From NCBI GenBank assembly GCA_963575745.1, contig CAUYUJ010000169.1, forward strand, positions 62,001 through 117,286: a DNA stretch of 55,286 nt, in the 5' to 3' direction. Position 1 is the first letter of the stretch. Every line of letters starts with the position of its first letter. The stretch comes from Prorocentrum cordatum (lineage: Eukaryota). The notes beneath the pieces were generated by a model. That model saw nothing but the letters and a program-made list of their open reading frames with translations. It did not search any database and had not been told where the DNA came from. Positions 32,736 to 45,000 of this stretch are shown here, one piece after another. Made by a program: the position numbers and the translations under genes.

Positions 32736-34845
32736 TATTAGCACGCTCGTTCCAGATAATTCCAAGAGGGCGTGGGAGGAGTTTCAGGCGTTCCAGGAGG
32801 CCAGGGCCTCTTTGCGGTTGTTTGGGAGGCTCTTCGAAAGAGATTGAGTCTAAGGGCGTGCGAAACGCGCGCGTGGTTCCAGTAGAGCCTTATGCACGGA
32901 CAAGCCCGGAGTGACAGAGCGTTGTGCAGTGCTAGTTGGTGTGCAGGCGGTGAAGGGCAGCGGTACTGAACAGTCCGTGCTGTGCAAAGCGGGTCTGCAG
33001 TTTGTGCAAGCAGTGCCGATGGCTGTTGTGCTAGTTTGCATCTGCAGATGTGCCCCCGATCCTCGATTCTCGCGCCCCGATCCACGACCCTGAGCGGCGG
33101 CGGGCGCGCCGCGCCGCGCCCCCCGACGCGACGCGCCGACAGCCTGCCGGCCTCGCCGTCGCCGCCGCCGTCGTCGAAGATCGGGGCTCGAACATCGACG
33201 TCAGGCCACCCGCTGGGGCGCGAAGATACCCTCGCTGCGTGATTTCCGACCCCGAGCCAGACCGCTGCGTCGGTGTTGGATCTGCCACAAGAAAATACAC
33301 AGACAGCTTCCAATGGACTGTTCCTGGGCCCCAGGGGAGGGTCGCGTATGAATCACCAGTGGGAGCCGGCGATTTTCTACACCCCCGCCCTCTCTGAAGG
33401 TGCACGCAAAATTCGTCGGAGGGTCGTTGTGTATATTTTGTTCGTGGCGTACTGGAGGTCGCCGCGACGGTCGCGGCGGGCACAAGTCGCGAAATGGTTT
33501 TGTCGAGGAGTGGCGTGCCCCAGCCTCCCCCCCGCTCTGCGATGCATACGTGGCCGAAAGTTCATTGTATAGCGACAGGCGATTGTCAAGTGTATGCCCC
33601 TCACGAGCAGTCATTCTTCTTGAGTTAGTGCTCGACTACCACGCAACCATGATCGCACGTCGCCAGGCACGATGACCGAAGGTAGGCGACCCAGATAGGT
33701 CATCGAAGGCCCAGAATGAAGTTTCCTTGCAGCTGCCGAGCCTTTTCTGGGCCTCGGGAGACCTCAGGTAGCCCTTGCCTTCTGCCTCCAGAGGCCCCGA
33801 GGCAGGCGCGTCGCCGTCGTCCTCGCTGTCGCTGAGAATCGGGGCTCGACGTTGGGGGATTGAGAGAAGAGGGTCCTGGTTTTCGGGCTGCTGTCCAGGA
33901 CCCGTCCCCTCCAGCATTTGCTTCGCTCAAGCCAGGCCTTGCCATCGTCATAGCATACCTACACGACCACCCTTCGGGTGACAAGGAGGCTGGGGGAGGG
34001 GGAAGAACCAGCTGCTGGCAACCGCGATGGGCGTGATGGTGACGATGCTGGCGGCGCGCCCTCGAGTTGGCGACGAGGCGTGATGACGATGTTGCGATGT
34101 GATGTCACTATCGACCTCGCGGCTAGTATTAGTACCGATATCATTATCGGTCTCATTGCCGCTCACACGATCAATGCAACTACCGATCTCACCATCGATC
34201 CAACTATTGATATCACTACCGATCTCAACACATCTCGGTCGTTATCGATCTCACGATCGATCTCACCATCGATCGGGACACCACTGGACACCACGGGACA
34301 CCGCCGGACACCACTGTGGGACACCACGGGACCACCACGGCACACCATGAGACACCATCGGGACACCACGGCGGGACACCACGCGACACCATCGGGACAA
34401 CGCGGGACACTACGGCGGGAGGCCCCCGGCCACCGCGCGCCCACCAGAGGGCCGGAGTTTTGCATCCGAAAGACCATAGCGACGGCGGGATCATTCCTCG
34501 CGCGCGCCCACGGCGAGGCACCGCGGGACACCATCGGGACAACGCGGGACTAACGGCGGGACGCCCCTGGCCACCGCACGCACCACCGGAGGGCCGGACT
34601 TTTGCATCCGAATCGCCCTGGCGACACGCGGGATCATTCCTCTCGCGCGCCGACGCAGCTTCGCCTCGCCCGCCCGAACGGCACGAGCACGAAGCAGAAA
34701 CCGATGTCCTGGTGGGGAGTTCCCCGTTCTGCTGCGATCTCACCCGCCAACCTCCGATTCGAGGATCGGGGCTCGAAGGTCGCTGGTCGGGGGTCGAGGA
34801 CCGAGGTTCCAGGACCCCGAGGTGATTCGACGTTCTTGAGTAGTC

Positions 34846-35001
34846 TTGCGTCGGGCGTCTCTCCAGGAGGAAAATTCAAAAATAATTCAAAAATAGTCTG
34901 GGGACGATGTTCGCCGTATGTTTAAACATTTTTGGAATATGTTTCGACTATGTTTCATTTTTCGTCCAAAATTTGCCTGTGGGAGGACATGCCCGACCTA
35001 A
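34846..35001. mobile_element. MITE family M copy (degenerate)
   Basis: GTCGGGCGT.. / ..GCCCGACCTAA with the same core. Confidence 0.7.
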
Positions 35002-35069
35002 GGGCATTTTCGGGCCTCGAAGGGCCTCGTCGTCGTCGTCATGGAGGTCGTCGTCATCGTGCCATTCTG

Positions 35070-36630
35070 GCCAAAGACGGCCTACGGCTGCGGCTACATG
35101 TATCCGTACACAGCCAGTGGTCTGACCTCCTTCGGACAGGTTTTCAGTCGACCGCTGAGACCACTTGGAACTCCTCAGACCTCGACTAAAATACGAGACA
35201 TTCCCGCGATGGCTCCCTTCGCGGCAACCTCCGCGACTTCGACCAGATTTCTTGTTGGCCATTGCTTGCCGCAGACGATGAGGCCATAGGCATGGGAGAA
35301 GGAGCAGGAGGGATCCTTGCCCCATGACGGGCGGGACAAGCGGCCCCGATGCGGCAGCACAGCGGTCAGAGTAGGACAGCAGCTAAGAACAATTTCGATG
35401 AGGGCCAGACCCTCTTTGCTATCGGCAATCGTGGGCCTCATGTCAGACCAGTGAGCTTGTCAGGCAGAGACATCTGCATTGGCGGCTTCGCGTAGGACGA
35501 GGTCGAGAAACTTCCCACGCTCGTCCAGGAGACTCAGGGTGGATGGCGCCCAGCTCATCGAGAAAACACACCCCACGGGCGCATTCGCAGACAGGGTTAA
35601 GGCATTACGTTGCCATTCCTCAGGACACGCAAGGTCCGCAAGATCAGAAATGGCGTTCCCTGCCGCTACTAGCAAGCCCCCCCTCCGATCTCGAACCAGG
35701 GGGGAGGGTAAAACAGCCTCCCACTCTGGGGGGGAGGGGAAGGGACTCCATTACAGCAGGATCCAGCCCTAGTAGGGCTCTTTTACAGCTGGATTCAGCT
35801 TTCGTAGGATTATAGTATATCTGGATCGGGCCACAGTAGGGCTGAAGTACTGGATCGAGCCCTAATGGGCTCTATGAGAGCTGCATCTAGACCTTGGTAG
35901 GATCCAATTTGAATTGGACCAAGCACCGGTAGGATCCCATTAATTCTGGATCCAGTTGACAACAGGATCCTATTAAAGTTGGATCGAGCCCGAGTGCGAT
36001 TCTGCCAGAGCTGGATCCAGCTCTGGTAGCAGGATTCGAGTAGAGCTAGACCGAGCCATTGCAGGATATCATTTGATCTGGATCCATCCCTAGCACCCTA
36101 GTAGGATCCCATTAGAGCTGGACCTACATAGCCTTTGCAGGATTCTATTATGGAGCTTGATCGAGCCCAAGTAGGATGTAAGTAGTGCTGGATCCAGCCT
36201 TAGTGGCAAGATTCGATTGGAGCCGACTCGAACCGCCCCTCCCCCCTTGGTTTCCAGGCACCCCCCGGCTCCCGGGGAAGAGGGGGGGGGATGTTTCACC
36301 CCCCTTTCCCCTCCAGTTTCCCCGGAGGGGGGTATTTGTTCCAGTCAAGCGACGGCAGATCGTGCTCCGCCCAAGAGCACGAAACAGGATTTGACGGACA
36401 ATCCGGGGGTGAGCTTTGACGCGGCACAGAGCAGTATGGTTGGAAGCTTGCTCAGGGCAAGCAGAGGACAACCATGGTCAGCCGCCTGATCTCGGAGATG
36501 AGCGCGAGGCCATAGACAGCGGACGAAACGATAGACAAGAGTAATTACGGCGACGTCGTCGTCATGTCCCTCCGTCCAGTGGGCAATTTCTGTGCGCCTG
36601 TCTTCCGCTGTGGCGTGAGACAGCATTATG
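35070..36630 (-). pseudogene. Unidentified decayed coding sequence split by a TIR element
   Basis: ORFs 35460..35675 and 35175..35441 share a frame separated by one stop. ORF 36345..36626 joins that frame if ~35673-36340 is removed. Confidence 0.35.
35671..36340. mobile_element. TIR element with internal degenerate ~38-bp CTGGATCCAGCCCTAGTAGGAT repeats
   Basis: Ends AGCAAGCCCCCCCTCCG / CGGAGGGGGGTATTTGTT are imperfect inverted repeats. Confidence 0.55.
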
Positions 36631-36698
36631 GCTGTTTGTGTTCGTCATGTTCTTCTTACGCCTCGCTCTCCACCTTCTCCGTTTGCCACTCCCCCTCG

Positions 36699-36748
<50 letters not shown>

Positions 36749-38065
36749 ATCATCAACTCCAACGTCAACAGCAGCAGCATCATCATGATCAGCATCAGTA
36801 TTATCAGTATCCCCTTCCTCCTCGCTCGCATCCTCCACCATCCCCTTCCCCCCCTCCTACGCCTCCTTTCAATTACGCTACCTCACCGAAGCTCACGAAA
36901 GCTCCCGACGACCACCGAGAACCAACAAAGACCGCCAAGTGCCTCCGAACATCTCACGGTTCTTACCGTTTATTCCTCTTCTCCGTCCGCAAAGGGTGGA
37001 TCGCAGCCCGCCCCGCGCGAGTCTAGAGCCACAGTGATGGCCGACAGCGACACCCGTGACGCAGCGACGCGAGGATCGTCGCGAAAATTTGCTCTAGTTG
37101 GCCTTGGGCCGCGCTGTTCAGTTCACTATTCGGCGATAACTGCCAGGGCCCAGTTGGGCATCCCAAAAAGGATGAGGCGACTTGCCAAGGGCACCTTGCA
37201 GCCTTGCCTTGCTTCGGCCTTGCCGGACCCCTTTTGCTGGCCAGCTGTAGCCGCCAGGGCGCCCAAAAAGCCCTGACTGACCCCTCAACTTGCACGCTTG
37301 CGCCTAGCGGCGGCGTTGTCGCTGTGGGAACACACTCCGCCCGAGGTTGGTTCGTCCCCTGATCGCTCTCGAGATGTCTGCTGACTCCGAGGTGCAAACA
37401 GGCTGGACCTGACGTGTCATAGCATCGCACTTCGCTTTGCCTTGCCCAGAAACAAAACTCCGCCCAGATGGGCGTGGCCAACCGTGGCGGCGCCGCAGCC
37501 CTCCCCGGAGCTGGCCGCTGTCCGCCGCTCGCTGCACTCGGCCTTGGACCTCGAGGCGCCCCCCGTGCGCGCCGCTGTCCGCGCCGCTGCTGCCGCTGCC
37601 ACGGCTGCCGCCGCTCCCGCCGCCGCCGCCGCCGCCGCGGCTGCCGCGGCCGCCGCGGCCGCTGCCGCCGCCGCTGCCTTCCCCAGACATCCACCGATAT
37701 AATATTTTCAATCCGCGGCCCCAGAGGTCCCGACCCCTTCCCTGGGGGTGGGCTCTCGCCCCGGATGCACTCTCGATGGCCCCCGGGCCCGACGGCGGGC
37801 CCCGGAGGCCTAAATCCAGGAAAAAACGCCGGACTGAAGAGATCTTGTCCTCGGATCTCTGGGTCGGCCCTGGACCTCCAGGCGCCCCTTGGCGGCAAGC
37901 TGCTGTTCACGCCGCCGCCGGGCCCGTGCGGCGCCAGCGCCGCCGCCAGCGAGCCCCGGGCGAGCCCCGGGCGGCCGGCCTGCGGCGCCGCGGCGGCCGC
38001 GGCGGAGCTGCGCGCGACGCGCTACCGCCTCAGCCAGGGCTTCCGGGCGGCCGCCCTCCAGGTCT

Positions 38066-38219
38066 CAGGAGCGAAAGACGGACGTACACGTACATGAATC
38101 CACGCTGTTTTCGAGATTTCGCATTAGGCGAATATTCGTATCACGCGGCCGGTCTCGCGGGTCAAGGGGCCGTGTTCATGTACATAGCTGGGCGCGTACG
38201 TCCTTTGTGGGCTCCCTAA
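38066..38219. mobile_element. Small MITE-like element (second copy at 53702-53852)
   Basis: GGAGCGAAAGACGGACGTAC / GTACGTCCTTTGTGGGCTCC imperfect TIRs; the two copies are highly similar. Confidence 0.7.
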
Positions 38220-38246
38220 GGTCGGGCGCGCCTCGGCATGCAAGAC

Positions 38247-38398
38247 TTCGGTCGGGCGTGTCCCTCTAGGAGGAGCGTCCAAAAATAATAATCCACAAGC
38301 TGGTCTGGGGGGCGATGTTTGGCGTATGTCGGAGCATCTTTGGGGCGTGCTGTCCTTGCCCTCCAAAGTCCGCCTGCAGGAGGACACGCCCGACCGAA
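38247..38398. mobile_element. hAT-like MITE (family M)
   Basis: Perfect TIR TTCGGTCGGGCGTGTCC / GGACACGCCCGACCGAA; 8-bp TSD TGCAAGAC at 38239-38246 and 38399-38406. Confidence 0.9.
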
Positions 38399-38779
38399 TG
38401 CAAGACCTGAGATCCGAGCGCCGCAAGAGTTTCGCGTCCGGCTTTTTCACATCTGGGCGGTGGGGTCCCACGTGAAAAAGACCACACACACAAGGTTCGA
38501 GCCCCAGGAGAGGGGCACCCCTCCCTCTGGGAAGCTGGAGCTCCCCTGTCGGCCCCCCTTTTGAAAGGAGGACGGTTTCGACCCCCCCCCGACCCCGCTT
38601 TCGACGCCGGGGTCAGCCAGGGGGGTTGGGGGGCATAACGGAGGCCCGCGTTTCTACGATGTCCATATTGTTGAAGATGACGACTGCGATGATGATCATG
38701 CTTTGGGCTCTCGGAGGTGCAGATGATGCCAGCGCGTCTCGTGGGCGTCTGCGGGACCTCCTTCTCTTTCACCCAGCAT

Positions 38780-40675
38780 GTCCTCCTTCCTCCTCCGCGT
38801 GGAGTGTCTGGCATTGGCTGGTGAAGAAGGAACCTCCTCCTTCTCCGCCCTGAGGGACAGGGAGTAGAAGGAACCTCTTCCTTCTCCTCCTTCCTGAAGG
38901 AAGGGAAAGGAAGGAATTCTCACCTCCTCCTTCCTGAGGGAAAGGGGAGGGAATGCTCCTCCTTCTCCTCCTCCTCCTTCTGAGGGAATTGGGAAGGGAA
39001 TGAGCCACATCCTCTCCTCCTCCTTGGGGGGGCAGAGAAGGGGGAGGGAACCTCCTCCTCCTTTTTCTCCTGCTCCTCTTCCATCCTGAAGGAAAGGGGC
39101 AGGGAAAGATCCTCCTCATTCGCCTCCCCCTTCTCCTCCGGAGGGAAAAGGAAGGGCAGGAGCCGCATCCTCTGCTTCCCTCCGGAAGGAGAGGAAGGGG
39201 AGTGTGCCTGCTCCTCCTCCTCTTCCTCCTCCTTCTGATGGTAATTGGCAGGGAGGGAACCTTCCTTTCCTCCTCGTCCTCCCTGAAGGAGAGGGGAGGA
39301 AAGGAGCTTCCTCCCCTTCCTCTTCCTCCTTCTGAGGGAAAAGGAAGGGAAGGGACCTCCTCCCCCTCTGTCCTGAAGGGCGGCAAGGAAAGGAAAGAAC
39401 ATCCTCCTCCTCCTCCTCCTCCTCCTCCTCCTCCTCCTCCTCCTCCTAAGGGAAAGGGAAGGGAAGTGACCTCCTCCTCCGCCTCCTCCCTCTGATGGAA
39501 AGGGATATGCAAGAACCTCCTCCTCTTCCTTCCTGACGGAAAAGGAAGGGACGGAACCTCTCCCTCACCCTTTTGAGGGAAAGGGAAGGGAAGGAACCTC
39601 CCCATCCTCCTCCTGATTCCTGAAGGAAAGGGCAGGGAATGAACCTCCCCCTCCTCGTCCCTATTCATGAGAGAATGGACTAGGAAGGAACCTCCTCCTT
39701 CTCCGTCATGAAAGTAAGGGAAGGGAAGGAACCTCCTCCTCCGCCTCCCCCTCGTCCTCCTTCCTGGGGGGAACGGGAAGAAGGAGTGTCCTCCTCCTCC
39801 TTCCCGAGGGAACATGAAAGGAATGAGCCTCCTCCTTCAAGGAAGCGAATGGCCTTCCTCTTCCCTCTGAGGGAAAAGGAAGCGAATGGCCTTCCTCATC
39901 CTCCGACGTCCTGGGGGACAGGGAAGGGAAGGGAACCTTCTCTTCCCTGATCCTGATGGAAAGGAAAGGAAGGATGTTCCTCCTTCTTCTCCCCCGTCCC
40001 CCTCCTGAGGGAAAGGGACGGACAGGAGCCTCATCCTCATCCTCCTTCCTGAGGGAAGGACGGGGGTGAGCCTCCTCCTCCTCCTCCTCCTCTTCCCCCT
40101 CCTGCTGGTGGAAGGTGGCAGGACGGGGACCTCCTCCTTTTCTTCCCAGAGGCAAAGGGAAGGGAAGGCACCTCATTTCCAACCTCCTCCTCCTCCTCCT
40201 CCTCCTCTTCCTCCTCCTCCTCCTCCGCCCGACCGTCCTTCCTCACCGCGGGGGCTCTTCTTCGGATTAGTCCCCGCCCAATTCGTTTTGTCTTGCCTGG
40301 ACTTCGTCCTTTCATGGTTACTTCTGGTTACTTCTGAAGGAAAGGGAAGGAAAGGAACCTCCTCCTCCTCCTCCTCCTCCTCCTCCTCCTCCTCTGCACT
40401 GAGCGGAAGGGAAGTGAAGGAACCTCTGCATTGAGCGGAAGGGAAGTGAAGGAACATCCCCCTCCTTCTCCATGAGGGAACGCGAAGGGAAGGGGACCTC
40501 CTCGTCCGTCATGAGGGAAGGGAAGGGAATGCGCCTCCTCATCCGCATCATCCTTCCTGAAGGGATGGGGAGGGAAGGGAAGCTCCTCCTCCTCCTCCTC
40601 CTCCTCCTCCTCCTCCTCCTCCTCCTCCTCCCCCTCCTCCCCCTCCTCCTCCTCCTCCCCCCCCTCCCTCCTCGT
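38780..40675. repeat. Degenerate minisatellite of alternating pyrimidine/purine blocks (CCTCCTCCTTCCTGAAGGAAAGGGAAGGGAAGGAA)
   Basis: Directly visible, ~35-45-bp units. Confidence 0.85.
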
Positions 40676-40769
40676 AGCCGCTCTGGCACAGGCAACTGTG
40701 ATTGTTGGCATCTACTGCAGAGCGGCACAAGGTGCCAACGAACCATCCTGGCACGATTCTCTCAACGCC

Positions 40770-42008
40770 ATGGCCCCGTTCAAGCCCATGCCATGGGGGC
40801 CGACCCCAGCCTGGGCTCATGGGTTCGCCTACGCGCCACAGTGGCCACAGTGGGGCGCCACGCCGTTTCCTGGTGCACACCCTGGCGCGCCCGGCTACAA
40901 TGACGACGGCGGTCCTGCTGGTCGTTGGACATGTACATTCCCAGACTGTCGATGCAAGAAGAACGACTCCCGTGCCAATGCTTGCAAGCATTGCAAGCGG
41001 CCGAGAGGTGCTAATCCAGGGACGGCTCCTCCAGGCTCATGGGCGGGGGGTGCGTCTTCAGCGCGGCGACAAGGCGACTTCCCTCCTCTCCAAGCGGCTT
41101 TAGGCGGACAGCCGCTCAAGGCTGGGCCACAGTCGCAGAAGTACGACAACTATACGGTGGACGAGCTGCAGCAGCTCCTCGACATCGCAAATAAGCACAA
41201 CGACACAGCCAACGTGGGTTCCTACAAGGCGGCCCTCGAGCGACGCCAAGCCAAAGATCGCCCTGCACCTCCGAAGCCTCTTCAGCGACAGGCCAACGAT
41301 GCTCATCAGGCCCTCAAGATCATTGAGCGCAGGCTCGAGAAGGCGCTGGACGAGTTGGATTCGGCTCGCGTATGGGTCACCAAGAAGCACGAAGATGTGG
41401 TCAAGCTCAAAGCGGAGTTGGCAGAGAAAGACCGCATCCACACCGACCTCGTTGGCCAGCTACACTCTACAGTGTGTAAGCTCCAGCAGCAGGCCAACAG
41501 CACGGCGACGCAGATCAATGCACGCGACCTTCTCGAGGGGCGGTTGTCGGAGATCAGCATCGTTGGTGGCGACGAACTGTTGGGCATCCCGTCAGCAGGG
41601 TATGATTTCAGTTCTGAAGATATCACTTTCTTGCAGGGCAAGCAGAAGGAGCTTCTGGCTGGTGCGCAGGAGCTGGCCAGCACGCTGTACGCCGACCTGG
41701 TCAAGACTCTCGACACGGCGAAGAAGGAGTACAGAGAGAACCTCTCGAGGCTCTCGCAGGTCGAGGACGGCGCCGTCCCTGGAGGAGGCGAAGGAGACGC
41801 GCCTGCCGCTGCGGGCGGCGGAGGCGCCCCAGGTGCTGCCGCGGCAGCGGCGGCACAGGCAGCCCCGCAGGACGACGCTGCGGCCGCCAACCTCCGGGGG
41901 CGTGCCGCCCGTGCTGCTGCCCAAGCCCCTGAGTCACAGGGACCCCCCCCTCCCCCCCCCCGAGCCATCGCCACGAGCTCGGGGGGCGAGCCAAGTGAGT
42001 GGAGGTAA
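40770..42008 (+). CDS. LINE B ORF1-like protein: RanBP2-type zinc finger plus coiled coil
   Basis: WTCTFPDCRCKKNDSRANACKHCKRPR followed by a heptad-rich helical region; lies directly upstream of the APE domain. Confidence 0.7.
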   Translation: MAPFKPMPWGPTPAWAHGFAYAPQWPQWGATPFPGAHPGAPGYNDDGGPAGRWTCTFPDCRCKKNDSRANACKHCKRPRGANPGTAPPGSWAGGASSARRQGDFPPLQAALGGQPLKAGPQSQKYDNYTVDELQQLLDIANKHNDTANVGSYKAALERRQAKDRPAPPKPLQRQANDAHQALKIIERRLEKALDELDSARVWVTKKHEDVVKLKAELAEKDRIHTDLVGQLHSTVCKLQQQANSTATQINARDLLEGRLSEISIVGGDELLGIPSAGYDFSSEDITFLQGKQKELLAGAQELASTLYADLVKTLDTAKKEYRENLSRLSQVEDGAVPGGGEGDAPAAAGGGGAPGAAAAAAAQAAPQDDAAAANLRGRAARAAAQAPESQGPPPPPPRAIATSSGGEPSEWR

Positions 42009-42049
42009 GCCTTTCCAGCAGCATGGCCCCGCACAGGGGGCGAACTTTT

Positions 42050-45000
42050 TACCATATGCAACCTGGCCAGTCTAACATGACCCAGTGTAATGGTGTCTTC
42101 AGAGTCCCAGCCCACCCAGGCCCTGACGATTTTGAGTTACTTTTGAGACCATTAACACCAGCAGTTGGACGTCGGCCAAGCCCTGGCTTTTAAACCCCCC
42201 CGCCCGTGTAACTTTAGTTCAGGAGCATCACTTAGCAAATCAGGCTGCGGTTGATGAAGCTTCGTCCTGGTGCCCCTGGCCACGCCCGATGGGGGCTCGT
42301 CTGGTGGTACGGCGATTTTGGCTCGAGACTGGCTAGGCTGTTACGACATCACTACGGGGCCAGATATCTACCCAGGCCGAGTGACGGCCTGCTGGGTGCA
42401 AGTACCTGGCGGCGTCACCATTTTGCGTTGCTCCATCTACCTCAAGGACTCCGAAGGATTATCTGAACTCAACCTTGGCGTTATAGCCAAACCCGGTTCC
42501 CCCCTCAGTTCCTGCCCCTCCCCCATACCTTGTGGCGGGGGGGGGGGGGGGGGATTTTAATATGCCCCCGTCTGAGCTCGCCGAGCGCGGTTTCGCGGCG
42601 GGCCTGTCAGCCAACATTGTGCACCCACCCAACTCCATCTCCTGCACTAGCACGGCTGCGGGAGGTGGATCCATGCTCGATTATTTTGTCTGTAGCCCAG
42701 GACTCGGGAAAAGGGGTTGCTGGTACTGCGGTCGCGTTGAATGCGGACATTCGCCCCCATCGACCCGTCCGAGTCAGGTTCCATCAGTCTCTCGCGGACC
42801 TCCAGGTCCTCACTTTTGCGCGCCCCCCCCCCCCCCCCCCCGATCCCTGGACCCATCCCCGTCGGGCCCTTCCCCAAACCAGCCTGCTGGCAGGATGCTC
42901 TCGATTGTGCCGAGCATGCCCTTGCCTTGGTTCGTTCGGGGGCGCCCAAATCGCCCATCCAGCGTCATGTTAGTTTGTTATATAAGTTTTGGGCCAATCA
43001 ACCTGAAGAGGAGCTCGAGGCTGCGCACCAGATGGTTCTGCCGATCCGAGGAACCCGAGGCAAGGTTCCCAAGCTCGCGTGGAAGTCGGTGCTCGCCCAA
43101 GACCGCAGCCGCAAGCCCAGGCAGCCAGCGCTCTACGCTCTCAGGTGGCTCGAGGGCAGTCTGAGGATGTTCATCGTTTGCGCTAGCACGTACAGCTGGC
43201 GCCAGGCCAGGGATATCTCCAAAGTGTTACTTACGCCACCCAATGACATCAGTGATCATTTGATTTTGTTTCAGGACCTGGCCCTGCGAGTCAAAGATCA
43301 TGCGAAGCCTATTTTTGACGGCGCCACTAGCATAGGAGACCAGTGGCAGGCTGAGGGCCATGATGCCCTTGCTGCCGTGAGCGAGGCTCTCGGCTCCTAC
43401 TCGGCCACTGCCAGGGCCGAGGCTGCCGCTATTTGGAAGGAGCGGTTGTGCGACGGGCTGGAGGGGGGAGGCAAGCGCGCTCACAAGTGGACCTGCCCCC
43501 CCACGGCCTGGACCCCAACCCGCACCGTCTCCTCCAAAGGTAAGGTTCTTGCGGACCCCGAGAGTTTGTTGCAGACTGAATGCGCCCGTTTCTCGGGGCT
43601 TTGGATGGCCCAGGGGGCCCCCATTCCCCCCCAAGCAGGGCTTCGTCAAGTTTTTGGAACCTTTAGAGCGGCTCGAACCCGACCGTATTCGCAAGGCCTC
43701 CAGGTCGTACAAGCCTGCCTCTGCCGTCGGAGTCGACGGGTTTCACTTGCGGCATTTCCAGGCTCTTAGTGACGATGCCCTCCATGTTTTGATGACCCTT
43801 TGGTCGGTTATGGAAAGCACCGGTGTGATTCCGAAGCAGGTTCGCATTTTGAGTTCGGCCCTTCTTGAAAAACCGACTGGGGGGGTGGAGGCCTATAGGC
43901 ATCTTTGCTGGCTTTTACAGGCTATGGGGAAGGCAGTGGCGGCCTGTCCTCCAGGCTCGGGAGACCAGCGTGCACAGGCCCTACCTTGCCGCCTCGGCCT
44001 TTGCTGGAGCAGGGGACGCGGTGTGGCGGCAATCACTCCGATCGGAGGCTGCTGTTACCAATTCGCAGGTGTCTTGCAGCTTCCTTTGGGAAATCATATG
44101 CCTCGATAGGCTGAAGGAACGCTGCAAGCACCTGGGCTTCCCGCCGCAGATAGCCTACGTCTGCCTCAACATGTATGCAGGACCGCGTTGTATCATGTTG
44201 GGCACGATGCTCCAAGGACCATTTTTCGCTCTTAGAGGTGTCATAGCAGGGTGCTCGGTCGCCACCAGCTTTGCGCGTGCTTTCGTTATCCCGTCCCTCG
44301 ATCTTTTCCCCCCGAGAGTGCAGCGTTGCCTTGATGTTTACATTGACGATTACGGCTATTATGTTCAGGCTCGTCCTTGTTCGATCATTATTATCGTCGT
44401 CGAAGCCGCCACCGAGCTTCACCACGTTATCACGGAAGATATGGATTGCACTACTTCCCTCGATAAGGCTTCTCTTGTCTGTTCCTCTTCCCCGCACGGC
44501 ATTCGCATTAAGAAACTGCTGGGCCCGCTGGCTGGACAGACAAAGGCCACTGATGTGAATATGGGCGTTGATGAGACGGCGGGAATGCGGAGGAGAGATG
44601 GCAGGAGAGGTAAAAAGTATGCTAAAAGGCGCTGCATATTTAAACGCGGGAAGCGAGGTTCCAGCGGCGCAAGGCCATGCTTGGCCGACACACATGCCGC
44701 ATTTTTAGCACTGGCCCGCTTGCAGGACTGAGTTATGACGCCGACACCCATGGTATTTCAGACTACGAACTTGCCTGTGCCAGGAAAGCTTTAGGTGCCA
44801 CCCTGAAGCCTTCCTCGGGCCAGCGTTCCCTCACCCCCCTCCTTATCCTCTACCATGACCCCACGTGGAGGGCCGCTGCGGCCCCGATCGTTCGATTTTC
44901 GAAAGAGGTTTGGGGGGCCCAGTCGAGGTTGTCTGACCACGCGTTGCCCTTCTCTGTGCTGGGTGCGGCTTGGAAAACTAGCTTTGTTGACCACCCCGCT

